From: Pseudomonas aeruginosa | GTDB taxonomy: Bacteria > Pseudomonadota > Gammaproteobacteria > Pseudomonadales > Pseudomonadaceae | Direction: 5' to 3' | Length of the DNA stretch: 32,000 bases | NCBI RefSeq assembly: GCF_001457615.1 | Contig: NZ_LN831024.1 | Span: forward strand, 6,000,001 to 6,032,000 | Shown here: one piece after another, positions 9,155 through 20,136 of the stretch | How positions within the stretch are numbered: position 1 is the first letter of the stretch | Layout of the letters: the number at the start of each line of letters is the position of its first letter | Position numbers and translations under genes: made by a program | The notes under the pieces: generated by a model | The model's input: the letters and a program-made list of their open reading frames with translations, nothing else | Databases searched by the model: none | Told to the model about the DNA's origin: nothing

Positions 9155-10072
9155 TCACGCCAGCCGCTCGACGACGGGCAGACGCATCGCCGCCACCTCC
9201 GCGAGGAGGAAGTCGCGCAATCGCTGGAAGCGTTCCTGTCCCCTGCGGGCGCGAGGCCAGACCAGGTGATAGCTTTCGCCGCTGGCCACCGCCACCGGCC
9301 AGGGCAGGCCGATGCGGCCCTGGGCGACATCCTCGGCGACCATCACCAGGTCGCCGATGGACACGCCATAGCCTCGCGCGGCGGCGACGATGCCCAGTTC
9401 CAGCGTGTCGAACACCTGGCCGCCCTTGAGCGACACCTCCTCCCCCAGCCCGGTCCGTTGCAGCCAGCGTCGCCAGTCGCGACGATCCGGCGTGGGGTGC
9501 AGCAACTCGCTGTCACGCAGGCGTTGGAGGGTCCAGGGCTCCACGGCCTCGTCGGGATCGCAGACCGGCACCAGCCATTCGGCGAACAGCGCTGCCGTTT
9601 CCCATTCCGGGCTGAACTGGCCGCTGCCCAGCAACACCGCGCAGTCGAAAGGCTCGCGCTGGAAGTCCACCGAGTCCACATCCATCCAGGCACTGGTGAG
9701 CTGCACCTCGATATCCGGGTTCAGGTGGCGGAAGCGGCTCAGGCGCGGTAGCAGCCAGCGCAGGGTAAGGGTGGAAGGCGCCTTCAGGCGCAGGGTGGCG
9801 TCGTCCACACGCAGGGCGGTGCAGGCCCGTTCCAGCGCATCGAAGCCGTCGCGCAGCCCGGGCAGTAGCAGGCGTGCCGGCTCGGTCAGCTGCAACTGGC
9901 GGCCATGGCGCTCGAACAGACGACAACCGAAGTGCTCTTCCAGGGTACGGATGTGCCGGCTCACCGCGCTCTGGGTTATCGCCAGTTCCTCGCCGGCGCG
10001 GGTGAAAGAGGCGTGCCGGGCGGCAGCCTCGAAGGCGCGCAGGGCATACAGCGGGGGCAGGCGACGGGTCAT
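9155..10072 (-). CDS. LysR-family transcriptional regulator (GcvA/AmpR-like subgroup)
   Basis: 305 aa from ATG 10072..10070, with SD AAGAGG 10 nt upstream: MTRRLPPLYALRAFEAAARHASFTRAGEELAITQSAVSRHIRTLEE..., a wHTH followed by a LysR substrate-binding domain. It is divergent from the MATE gene. Confidence 0.9.
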   Translation of the reverse strand: MTRRLPPLYALRAFEAAARHASFTRAGEELAITQSAVSRHIRTLEEHFGCRLFERHGRQLQLTEPARLLLPGLRDGFDALERACTALRVDDATLRLKAPSTLTLRWLLPRLSRFRHLNPDIEVQLTSAWMDVDSVDFQREPFDCAVLLGSGQFSPEWETAALFAEWLVPVCDPDEAVEPWTLQRLRDSELLHPTPDRRDWRRWLQRTGLGEEVSLKGGQVFDTLELGIVAAARGYGVSIGDLVMVAEDVAQGRIGLPWPVAVASGESYHLVWPRARRGQERFQRLRDFLLAEVAAMRLPVVERLA

Positions 10073-10151
10073 TGGGGAATTACCTCTTTCATGACTTTTA
10101 CTCATGCCTGGCATCTTGTTTTTCCTTTTGTGGAGCCATGCCAGTCGCACC

Positions 10152-10169
10152 GAGAATAGCCGCATTCTC
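10152..10169. promoter_or_regulatory. Perfect inverted repeat GAGAAT-N6-ATTCTC in the LysR/MATE divergent intergenic region
   Basis: GAGAAT (10152-10157), AGCCGC, ATTCTC (10164-10169). It lies 52 nt upstream of the MATE ATG and 80 nt upstream of the LysR ATG. It contains a T-N11-A frame, so it is a plausible LTTR operator. Confidence 0.3.
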
Positions 10170-10220
10170 AACGCCGACAGGCCATCGCGGCAACCATCTC
10201 CTCCTGAGCCTTACTCATCC

Positions 10221-11687
10221 ATGTCCTCGCCATCCCTCGTCGAACTCAAAGCCATCCTGCGCCTGGCGGGCCCGTTGATCGCCGCCCAGCTGGCCTATGT
10301 CGCCATGGTCTTCACCGACACCGTGATGATGGGCAAGCTCGGCCCCGACGCGCTGGCCGCCGGCGGCCTGGGCGCGGTCAGCTACGCCTTCGTCTCGACG
10401 TTCTGTGTCGGCGTGGTGGCAGCGGTCGGCAACCTGGTGGCGATCCGTCACGGCTGCGACGACGCCGCTGGCGCCGCCGCGGCCGCTCGCTCCGGACTCT
10501 GGGTCGGCGCCGCGCTGGCCCTGGCCGCCGGCCTGCTGCTATGGAACCTGCGGCCGCTGCTCCTGGTCTTCGGCCAGGCGCCGCAGACGGTGGACGGCGC
10601 CATGCAGTTCCTCCACAGCCTGACATTCGCCCTGCCCGGCTACATGGCCTTCATGGTCCTGCGCGGCTTCACCAGCGCCATCGACCGCGCCGGCCCGGTG
10701 ATGGCGATCAGCGTGCTCGGCGCGCTGGCCAACCTGGCTCTCAACTATTCCTTCATAGAAGGCCTGTTCGGCCTGCCGCGCCTGGGCCTGGCCGGTATCG
10801 GCCTGGTCACCGCCCTCGTCATGAACTGCATGCCGCTGCTGCTGGCCCTGTATATCCGCCTGCAGCCGGCCTATGCCGAGTACTCGCTGCTGCGCGGACT
10901 GGGACGGCCGCAGCGGGCGATGGTCGAGGAGATACTGCGCCTGGGGCTGCCCATCGGTGGCACCTACGCGGTGGAGTCGGGGATGTTCACGGTCGCCACC
11001 CTGTGCATGGGCATCATCGGCGATCACGCCCTGGCCGCGCACCAGATCGCCATCCAGGCGGTATACGTGGCGTTCATGGTGCCGGTGGGGTTGTCGTACG
11101 CCACCACCTACCGCATCGGCCAGCATTTCGGCGCCGGCCGCCTGCTCGAAGCACGCCGCGCCGGGCGTGTCGGCATCGGCTTCGGCGCGCTGTGCATGCT
11201 GCTCTTCGCCGGGCTCTTCTGGTGGATGCCGGAGGCCATCATCGGCCTGTTCCTCGACCGCGACGCCCCGGCCAACCGGGAGGTGGCCGCGATGGCCGTC
11301 TCGCTGCTGGCGATCGCCGCCTGGTTCGAGCTGTTCGACGGCACCCAGAACGTCGCCATGGGCGCGATCCGCGGTCTCAAGGACGCCCGCACCACCTTCC
11401 TGGTCGGCCTGGCCTGCTACTGGCTGGTCGGCGTGCCGCTGGCCTGCCTGCTGGCGTTCGCGGCCGGCTGGGGCGCCGCGGGCGTCTGGTGGGGGCTGGC
11501 CGGCGGCCTGGCCTGCGCAGCCATCGGCCTGACCCTGGCCTTCGAGTGGAAGACCGCGCGGTTGCTGCCGAAAGCCACGGCCAGCGAGACGTCGGCGCTC
11601 AATTGCCGAGCGGCTGGCCGCGGTGCGCCGAGCGCTCGCCGATGCCCAGGAAACGCGCCAGTTCCGCCAGCGGCAGCGGCGGACTGA
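10221..11687 (+). CDS. MATE-family multidrug/toxin efflux transporter
   Basis: 488 aa from ATG 10221: MSSPSLVELKAILRLAGPLIAAQLAYVAMVFTDTVMMGKLGPDALAAGGLG..., with 12 predicted TM segments and duplicated MatE halves. The last ~35 aa (PKATASETSALNCRAAGRG...) are non-hydrophobic and lie antisense to the 3' end of proE, so the true functional end is uncertain. Confidence 0.85.
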   Translation: MSSPSLVELKAILRLAGPLIAAQLAYVAMVFTDTVMMGKLGPDALAAGGLGAVSYAFVSTFCVGVVAAVGNLVAIRHGCDDAAGAAAAARSGLWVGAALALAAGLLLWNLRPLLLVFGQAPQTVDGAMQFLHSLTFALPGYMAFMVLRGFTSAIDRAGPVMAISVLGALANLALNYSFIEGLFGLPRLGLAGIGLVTALVMNCMPLLLALYIRLQPAYAEYSLLRGLGRPQRAMVEEILRLGLPIGGTYAVESGMFTVATLCMGIIGDHALAAHQIAIQAVYVAFMVPVGLSYATTYRIGQHFGAGRLLEARRAGRVGIGFGALCMLLFAGLFWWMPEAIIGLFLDRDAPANREVAAMAVSLLAIAAWFELFDGTQNVAMGAIRGLKDARTTFLVGLACYWLVGVPLACLLAFAAGWGAAGVWWGLAGGLACAAIGLTLAFEWKTARLLPKATASETSALNCRAAGRGAPSARRCPGNAPVPPAAAAD

Positions 11688-13275
11688 TCCAGTAGCCCTG
11701 CACCTGGTCGCAACCGAAATCGCGCAACTGCTCCTGCTGGCGCAGGGTCTCCACGCCTTCGGCAACCACTTCCAGGTTGAGGTTGTGCGCCAGGTTGATC
11801 ATCGCCCGCACCAGTTGGAAGTTTTCCGCCCGCTGGTCCATGCCGCCGACGAAGCTGCGGTCGATCTTCAACAGGGTGATCGGCAGGCTATTGAGGTGGA
11901 CGAAGGACGAGAAACCGGTGCCGAAGTCGTCCAGCGAAAAGCGCACGCCCAGTTGGCCGAGCGCCTGCATGGTCTGCAGCACCTGGTCGCTGCGCCGCAT
12001 CACGGCGGTCTCGGTCAGTTCGAACTCGAGCCAGCGCGCGTCGACGCCGTGCTCTTCGATCAACCGTTGCAGGGTCGGCAGCAACTGGCTGTCCTGGAAC
12101 TGGCGGAACGACAGGTTCACCGCCATGTGCAACGGCTCCAGGCCGCGCCCGTTGAGCCACTGCATGTCGCGCAGGGCGCGGGCGATGACCCAGTAGCCGA
12201 GCGGCACGATCAGCCCGCTCTCCTCGGCCAGCGGGACGAACTCGCTGGGCGTGAGCAGGCCCCGCTCGCCGTGGCGCCAGCGCACCAGCGCCTCCAGGCC
12301 GACGATGCGCCCGCTGTCCAGGCACAGTCGCGGCTGGTAGTGCAGCTCCAGCTCGTCGCGACGCAGCGCCCGGCGCAGTTCGGCTTCGAGGTCGGCGAGG
12401 CTGCGCACGCCACGGTTGATGCGTTCGTCGAAGACATGGAAGGTGCAACCCTGGCGGCTCTTGGCCTGCTGCATGGCGATGTGCGCATGCCACATCAGCG
12501 GGTCGGCACCTTCGTCGGCACGGGCATGGGCGAGTCCCAGGCTGCAACCCAGCAACAGGCTCTCGCCATCGATCCAGTAGGGCTCGCCGAGGCATTCGAC
12601 GATGCGTTCGGCGACCCGCTCGGCGCGTTGCGGATCGCGACGGGTGTCCAGCAGCAGGGCGAACTCGTCGCTGCCCAGGCGCGCCAGGCTGTCGCCGTTC
12701 TCCATGAAGCCGCGCAGGCGGTTGACCACCTGCAGGATCAGGCGGTCGCCGCCCTGGTGGCCGAGGGAATCGTTGACGTGACGGAAGTTGTCCAGGTCGA
12801 GGTGGCCGAGCACCAGGCCACGCCCGTCGAATTCGCTGAGGCGCGCCGCGAGCAGGGTCTGGAAGCCCTGGCGGTTGGCGATGCCGGTCAGCGGATCCTG
12901 CTCGGCGAGCAGTTGCAGGGTCGCCTGCAAACCCAGGCGCTCGCGCGCGTAGCGCAGGCAGCGGCGCAGGCTGTCCTCGGAAAGCTGTTCGGCGGCCAGC
13001 CAGTCGACCACCCCAACCGGCGCCTGCGCCGGCTCCTGCTGCAACAGCAGGATCACCGGCCAGGGACAGGGAGTCCCCAGCGGCAGGCAGGCCGGCGTGG
13101 CCAGGAGCAGCCCCCGGGGCTCGGCGGCGAACAGGGTGGCCGCGCCCTCCCAGGTGGTGACGATGCTCAGCGAAAAGGCAGGCCCCAGCGCTCTCAGGCG
13201 TTCACCTAGCAGTGGCGCCCAGTCCGGCGTATCCGCCAGAAGGAGCAGGCGCAAGGGTTCTGCGGGCGCTGACAA
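11599..13275 (-). CDS. proE: c-di-GMP phosphodiesterase with REC-like, degenerate GGDEF and EAL domains
   Basis: 558 aa. The GGDEF position reads GSDEF (nt 12675..12661). EAL-domain motifs are intact: EALVRW (from nt 12294), FELTE, DDFGTGFSS, EGVET. The N-terminal ~120 aa are receiver-like, but an Ala/Thr (LLLATP) sits where the phospho-acceptor Asp is expected. The symbol is from memory of PAO1 PA5295. Confidence 0.88.
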   Translation of the reverse strand: MSAPAEPLRLLLLADTPDWAPLLGERLRALGPAFSLSIVTTWEGAATLFAAEPRGLLLATPACLPLGTPCPWPVILLLQQEPAQAPVGVVDWLAAEQLSEDSLRRCLRYARERLGLQATLQLLAEQDPLTGIANRQGFQTLLAARLSEFDGRGLVLGHLDLDNFRHVNDSLGHQGGDRLILQVVNRLRGFMENGDSLARLGSDEFALLLDTRRDPQRAERVAERIVECLGEPYWIDGESLLLGCSLGLAHARADEGADPLMWHAHIAMQQAKSRQGCTFHVFDERINRGVRSLADLEAELRRALRRDELELHYQPRLCLDSGRIVGLEALVRWRHGERGLLTPSEFVPLAEESGLIVPLGYWVIARALRDMQWLNGRGLEPLHMAVNLSFRQFQDSQLLPTLQRLIEEHGVDARWLEFELTETAVMRRSDQVLQTMQALGQLGVRFSLDDFGTGFSSFVHLNSLPITLLKIDRSFVGGMDQRAENFQLVRAMINLAHNLNLEVVAEGVETLRQQEQLRDFGCDQVQGYWISPPLPLAELARFLGIGERSAHRGQPLGN

Positions 13276-13462
13276 GCAACCTCCAAAGTTTTAAGAATCT
13301 TCGTAAAGAACGAACGGCATCATCCTAATGCGGTAGGGAATCTACAGCAAAATGGCGTGAACGATCTCGGGATCGGTCACAGCTTGCACGCTAATTCTCG
13401 CGGATGCCAGCCAGCCTGTTAGAATACGCCCCCGCTTCAACCCTCTCTTCCGGCCTGTTCCT

Positions 13463-15472
13463 ATGTCCCGACTCAATCCCCGGCAGCAAGAAGCCGTGAA
13501 CTACGTCGGCGGTCCCCTGCTGGTCCTGGCTGGCGCCGGCTCCGGCAAGACCAGCGTGATCACCCGCAAGATCGCCTATCTCGTCCAGCAGTGCGGTATC
13601 CGCGCCCAGTACATCGTCGCCGTGACCTTCACCAACAAGGCCGCGCGGGAGATGAAGGAGCGCGTCGGCACCCTGCTGCGCGGCGGCGAGGGCAAGGGCC
13701 TGACCGTCTCGACCTTCCACAACCTCGGCCTGAACATCATCCGCAAGGAACACGAACGGCTCGGCTACAAGCCCGGTTTCTCGATCTTCGACGAGTCGGA
13801 CATCAAGGCGCTGCTGACCGACATCATGCAGAAGGAGTATTCCGGGGACGACGGCGTCGACGAGATCAAGAACTACATCGGCGCCTGGAAGAACGACCTG
13901 ATCCTTCCGGAGGAGGCGCTGGAAAAGGCCCGCAACCCCAAGGAGCAGACCGCCGCGATCGTCTACCTGCATTACCAGCGCACCCTGCGCGCCTACAACG
14001 CGGTGGACTTCGACGACCTGATCCTGCAACCGGTGAAGCTGTTCCAGGAACATCCGGACGTCCTCCAGAAGTGGCAGAACAAGGTGCGCTACATGCTGGT
14101 GGACGAGTACCAGGACACCAACGCCAGCCAGTACCTGCTGGTCAAGCTGCTGGTGAAGGACCGCGCCCAGTTCACCGTGGTCGGCGACGACGATCAGTCG
14201 ATCTACGCCTGGCGCGGCGCGCGTCCGGAAAACCTGATGCAGCTGAAGGAAGACTTCCCTTCGCTGAAGGTGGTGATGCTGGAGCAGAACTACCGCTCCA
14301 CCAGCCGCATCCTCAAGTGCGCGAACGTCCTCATCGCCAACAACCCGCACGTATTCGAGAAGCAGTTGTGGAGCGAGATGGGCCACGGCGATCCGATCCG
14401 GGTGATCCGCTGCCGCAACGAGGACGCCGAGGCCGAGCGCATCGCCATGGAAATCCTCACCCTGCACCTGCGCACCGAGCGGCCGTACAGCGAGTTCGCC
14501 ATCCTCTACCGTGGCAACCACCAGGCCAAGCTGATGGAGCTGAAGCTCCAGCACCACCAGATTCCCTATCGGCTCTCTGGCGGCACCAGCTTCTTCGGGC
14601 GCCAGGAAGTGAAGGACCTGATGTCCTACTTCCGCCTGCTGGTGAACCCCGACGACGACAACGCCTTCCTCAGGGTGATCAACGTGCCGCGCCGGGAAAT
14701 CGGTTCGGCGACCCTGGAGAAGCTCGGCAACTACGCCACCCAGCGCAAGATCTCGATGTACGCCGCCTGCGACGAGATGGGCCTGGCCGAGCACCTCGAC
14801 AGCCGTTTCCACGAACGCCTGCAACGCTTCAAGCGCTGGATGGACGGTATCCGCCGACAGTGCGCGGAGAACGAGCCGATCGCCGTGCTGCGCAGCATGG
14901 TGATGGACATCGACTACGAGAACTGGCTGCGGCAGAACGCCTCCAGCGACAAGGTCGCCGAATTCCGCATGAGCAACGTCTGGTTCCTCATCGAGGCACT
15001 GAAGAACACCCTCGAGCGCGACGAGGAAGGCGACATGACCATCGAGCAGGCCATCGCCAAGCTGGTCCTGCGCGACATGCTGGAGCGCCAGCAGGAAGAA
15101 GAGGAAGGCGCCGAAGGCGTGCAGATGATGACCCTGCACGCGTCGAAGGGGCTGGAGTTCCCCTACGTGTTCATCATGGGCATGGAGGAAGAGATCCTGC
15201 CCCACCGTTCCAGCATCGAGGCCGACACGGTGGAAGAGGAGCGCCGCCTGGCCTACGTCGGCATCACCCGCGCGCGGCAGAACCTGGCGATGACCTTCGC
15301 CGCCAAGCGCAAGCAATACGGCGAGATCATCGACTGCTCGCCGAGCCGCTTCCTCGACGAACTGCCCCCCGAAGACCTCGAATGGGAAGGCATGGAAGAC
15401 GCCCCGCAAGAGGTCAAGGCGGCCAAGGGCAACGCCGCCCTCGCCGACATCCGCGCCATGCTCAAGCGCTGA
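13463..15472 (+). CDS. rep: ATP-dependent DNA helicase Rep (UvrD/SF1 family)
   Basis: 669 aa: MSRLNPRQQEAVNYVGGPLLVLAGAGSGKTSVITRKIAYL..., with Walker A GAGSGKT, DEYQDTN, the YRS motif and a VGITRAR motif VI. Confidence 0.95.
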   Translation: MSRLNPRQQEAVNYVGGPLLVLAGAGSGKTSVITRKIAYLVQQCGIRAQYIVAVTFTNKAAREMKERVGTLLRGGEGKGLTVSTFHNLGLNIIRKEHERLGYKPGFSIFDESDIKALLTDIMQKEYSGDDGVDEIKNYIGAWKNDLILPEEALEKARNPKEQTAAIVYLHYQRTLRAYNAVDFDDLILQPVKLFQEHPDVLQKWQNKVRYMLVDEYQDTNASQYLLVKLLVKDRAQFTVVGDDDQSIYAWRGARPENLMQLKEDFPSLKVVMLEQNYRSTSRILKCANVLIANNPHVFEKQLWSEMGHGDPIRVIRCRNEDAEAERIAMEILTLHLRTERPYSEFAILYRGNHQAKLMELKLQHHQIPYRLSGGTSFFGRQEVKDLMSYFRLLVNPDDDNAFLRVINVPRREIGSATLEKLGNYATQRKISMYAACDEMGLAEHLDSRFHERLQRFKRWMDGIRRQCAENEPIAVLRSMVMDIDYENWLRQNASSDKVAEFRMSNVWFLIEALKNTLERDEEGDMTIEQAIAKLVLRDMLERQQEEEEGAEGVQMMTLHASKGLEFPYVFIMGMEEEILPHRSSIEADTVEEERRLAYVGITRARQNLAMTFAAKRKQYGEIIDCSPSRFLDELPPEDLEWEGMEDAPQEVKAAKGNAALADIRAMLKR

Positions 15473-15569
15473 GCCCGCCGCGCCTCGACTGTCTCGATTT
15501 TCACAAAAGTGTCTTGCCCGATGCCTAGCCTCGGGCGAGGAACTTTTGCCGCTCCACGCGCGACCAAAA

Positions 15570-15581
15570 TTAGCTAGCTAA
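15570..15581. promoter_or_regulatory. Perfect 12-bp palindrome TTAGCTAGCTAA upstream of poxB
   Basis: It ends 24 nt upstream of the poxB ATG in an otherwise GC-rich intergenic region. It is followed by the small dyad CGAAT-TCC-ATTCG and SD GAGGA. Function unknown; candidate operator. Confidence 0.25.
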
Positions 15582-15605
15582 CGAATTCCATTCGAGGACA
15601 GCTTC

Positions 15606-18060
<2,455 letters not shown>

Positions 18061-18067
18061 GCGCCAC

Positions 18068-19996
18068 TCAGCCCCGCTCTTCCTGGCTGGCTCGCAGGCC
18101 GGCCAGCAGCAAGCGCTGGTAGAGTTCCTCGCGAAGCCCCTGCGGATCGTCCAGGTCCATGCGCCGCAGATGCGCCGGGTAGGCTTCTGGCTCCGGCGCA
18201 TCCAGGGTCGCCTTGCCCAGTTCGAGGATCTCGCTCAGCTTCAGCTTGCGCTTGAGCCAACCCAGCGCCCGCAGCAGGTCCTGCTCGACCTCGTCGAAAT
18301 CGCTGCCCAGGGGAAACTCCGGCAGCGCCGCTGCGTGGGCCTGGTGCAAGGCCTGCAGGCGCTCCGGGGTATTGTTGCGATAGCGTTCGGGCAGGACGAA
18401 ATCCTTCGGCAGCTTGCCGGCCGACTGGGCCTGCTCGGCCAGCGCCTGCTGGAAGCGTGAGTCGGCGATGGCCAGCAGCGCGGCGATCACTTCCGCGTCA
18501 TTCTTGCCGCGCAGGTCGGCGATCCCGTACTCGGTCACCACCATGTCACGCAAGTGCCGGGGAATGGTGGTGTGGGCGTACTGCCAGACGATGTTCGAAC
18601 TGACCTCCCCGCCGGATTCGCGCCAGCTACGCAGCATCAGGATCGAACGTGCGCCCTCCAGCTCGTGAGCCTGGGCGACGAAGTTGTACTGCCCGCCGAC
18701 GCCACTGAGCACCCGGCCGTCCTCCAACTGGTCGGCGACCCCGGCGCCGAGCAGGGTCACGGTGAAGGCGCTGTTGATGAAGCGCGCGTCGCGCCGCTGC
18801 AGACGCTTCAGCTCTTCCTGGCGGTACAGGTTGTTGACGAAGCCGATGCCGGTCATGCCGATCCCGGCGCGCTCTTCCAGCGACATCTCGCGCAGGCGCC
18901 GGTAGAACGCCAACGGACCGAGGAAAAAGCCGCCGTGCAGCCACACCCCGCCCTCCACCGGCGCCTCACCGCGCTCGGCGGCACGCTGCCGCGCTTCGTC
19001 GGGGTAGACCCGGCGGCTCAGCACGCCGGCCTCGGCCAGCGCCAGCAGACCCGGCACGAACATCTCGCTGCAACCGTAAAGCCCCCGGCGGAACGGCTCC
19101 AGGCCACCGTCGCGCTCGATCGTCTCGGCCCAGCGCGCACGCACACCCAGCTCGTCGATCAACGCCCGGTAGGTGGCGTTGTCGCGCTGGCGCAGCAGCA
19201 GGGCGGCGGTCAGCGCGTCGCCCATCGAGCCGATGCCGATCTGCAGGGTGCCGCCGTCGCGCACCAGCGCGCTGGCGTGGAGACCGATACAGTGATCCTG
19301 CAGGTTGACCGGCATGTTCGGCGTGGAGAACAGCCGGCTGCTTTCCGCCGGCGCGTCGATCAGCAGGTCGAATACCGACTCCTCGACCTCGGCGTCGCCC
19401 GGCAGGTAGGGCAGGTCATCGTGGACCACGCCGATGGCGACGATGGTCTCGCCAGCGGCGCGACGCTTCTCCAGCATCGGCAGGAGGTCCAGGGTGATAT
19501 CCGGGTTGCAGGCCAGGCTCAGCTTGCCCGGCCGCTCGGGATGCCGCGCCACCAGCTGGGCCACCGCGTTGACGCCCTTGGCATTGATGTCGCGGGCGAC
19601 GTGGCTGTAGTTGCAACTGATGTAGTGCTGCTGCGCCGGCGCGCTGTCCAGCAGGCTGCCGGGCTGCAGGTAGAACTCCTCGACGCGGATGTTCGCCGGC
19701 AGTTCGTCGCGGCGCAGGGCGTGCAGGTAATCCAGCTCCGGGTAGTCGGCGAAGACCCGTTCGGCGAAAGGCTCGAGGAAACGCCGTTGCAGGTCGCCGC
19801 CAGCGGCGGGACGCCCCAGGGAAAGCGCGGTATACAGCGTCAGCTGGCGCTCCGGCAGGGTCCGCAGGCGCTGGTACAACGCATTGACCAGTCGGTTGGG
19901 CTTGCCCAGCCCGAGGGGCAGGCCCATGCGAATCGGGCCCTCGATGGTCTGCAGCAAGTGATCGACTGCGGCGTCGATGGAACAGGTTCGGCTCAA
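18068..19996 (-). CDS. Acetyl-CoA hydrolase/transferase-family protein with a C-terminal extension
   Basis: The ORF-track entry is 785 aa, but its first ~140 codons overlap cycB in another frame. The best start is TTG 19996..19994, preceded by GGAGGG with a 7-nt spacer, giving 642 aa: MSRTCSIDAAVDHLLQTIEGPIRMGLPLGLGKPN... The family motif LSGVGGQYNFV is present. The start codon is uncertain. Confidence 0.78.
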   Translation of the reverse strand: MSRTCSIDAAVDHLLQTIEGPIRMGLPLGLGKPNRLVNALYQRLRTLPERQLTLYTALSLGRPAAGGDLQRRFLEPFAERVFADYPELDYLHALRRDELPANIRVEEFYLQPGSLLDSAPAQQHYISCNYSHVARDINAKGVNAVAQLVARHPERPGKLSLACNPDITLDLLPMLEKRRAAGETIVAIGVVHDDLPYLPGDAEVEESVFDLLIDAPAESSRLFSTPNMPVNLQDHCIGLHASALVRDGGTLQIGIGSMGDALTAALLLRQRDNATYRALIDELGVRARWAETIERDGGLEPFRRGLYGCSEMFVPGLLALAEAGVLSRRVYPDEARQRAAERGEAPVEGGVWLHGGFFLGPLAFYRRLREMSLEERAGIGMTGIGFVNNLYRQEELKRLQRRDARFINSAFTVTLLGAGVADQLEDGRVLSGVGGQYNFVAQAHELEGARSILMLRSWRESGGEVSSNIVWQYAHTTIPRHLRDMVVTEYGIADLRGKNDAEVIAALLAIADSRFQQALAEQAQSAGKLPKDFVLPERYRNNTPERLQALHQAHAAALPEFPLGSDFDEVEQDLLRALGWLKRKLKLSEILELGKATLDAPEPEAYPAHLRRMDLDDPQGLREELYQRLLLAGLRASQEERG

Positions 19997-20090
19997 GACG
20001 ATGCCCTCCGGCGAATGGGTAGCCGGAAGTTTGGACCCTGTTTGCCGGCGGGACGATCCGCCAGCGGGAAAAACCCGCACCGCGGATACG

Positions 20091-20116
20091 AAAAAGCCGC
20101 CAGGAGGCGGCTTTTC
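20091..20116 (-). terminator. Intrinsic terminator downstream of cycB (bidirectional appearance)
   Basis: + strand: AAAAAGCCGCC AGGA GGCGGCTTTTC. On the minus strand the GCCGCC/GGCGGC stem is followed by TTTTT. It begins 20 nt after the cycB stop (20137). Confidence 0.7.
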
Positions 20117-20136
20117 GCGACACTGTCCCGGCGTTG

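Noticed and set aside
11560-11687. The MATE C-terminal tail as a product of another frameshift error
   Set aside because: Neither alternative frame restores a shorter, more typical MATE C-terminus. One stops at 11532, inside the last TM helix, and the other runs on to 11695. The long tail therefore appears to be the natural consequence of stop-codon scarcity opposite proE.
13391-15409. 672-aa minus-strand ORF covering the whole of rep
   Set aside because: Same shadow-ORF reasoning. The rep frame carries all the SF1 helicase motifs, whereas the antisense translation (…VEEAARRAVDDLAVLLALGGEGHRQ…) has none.
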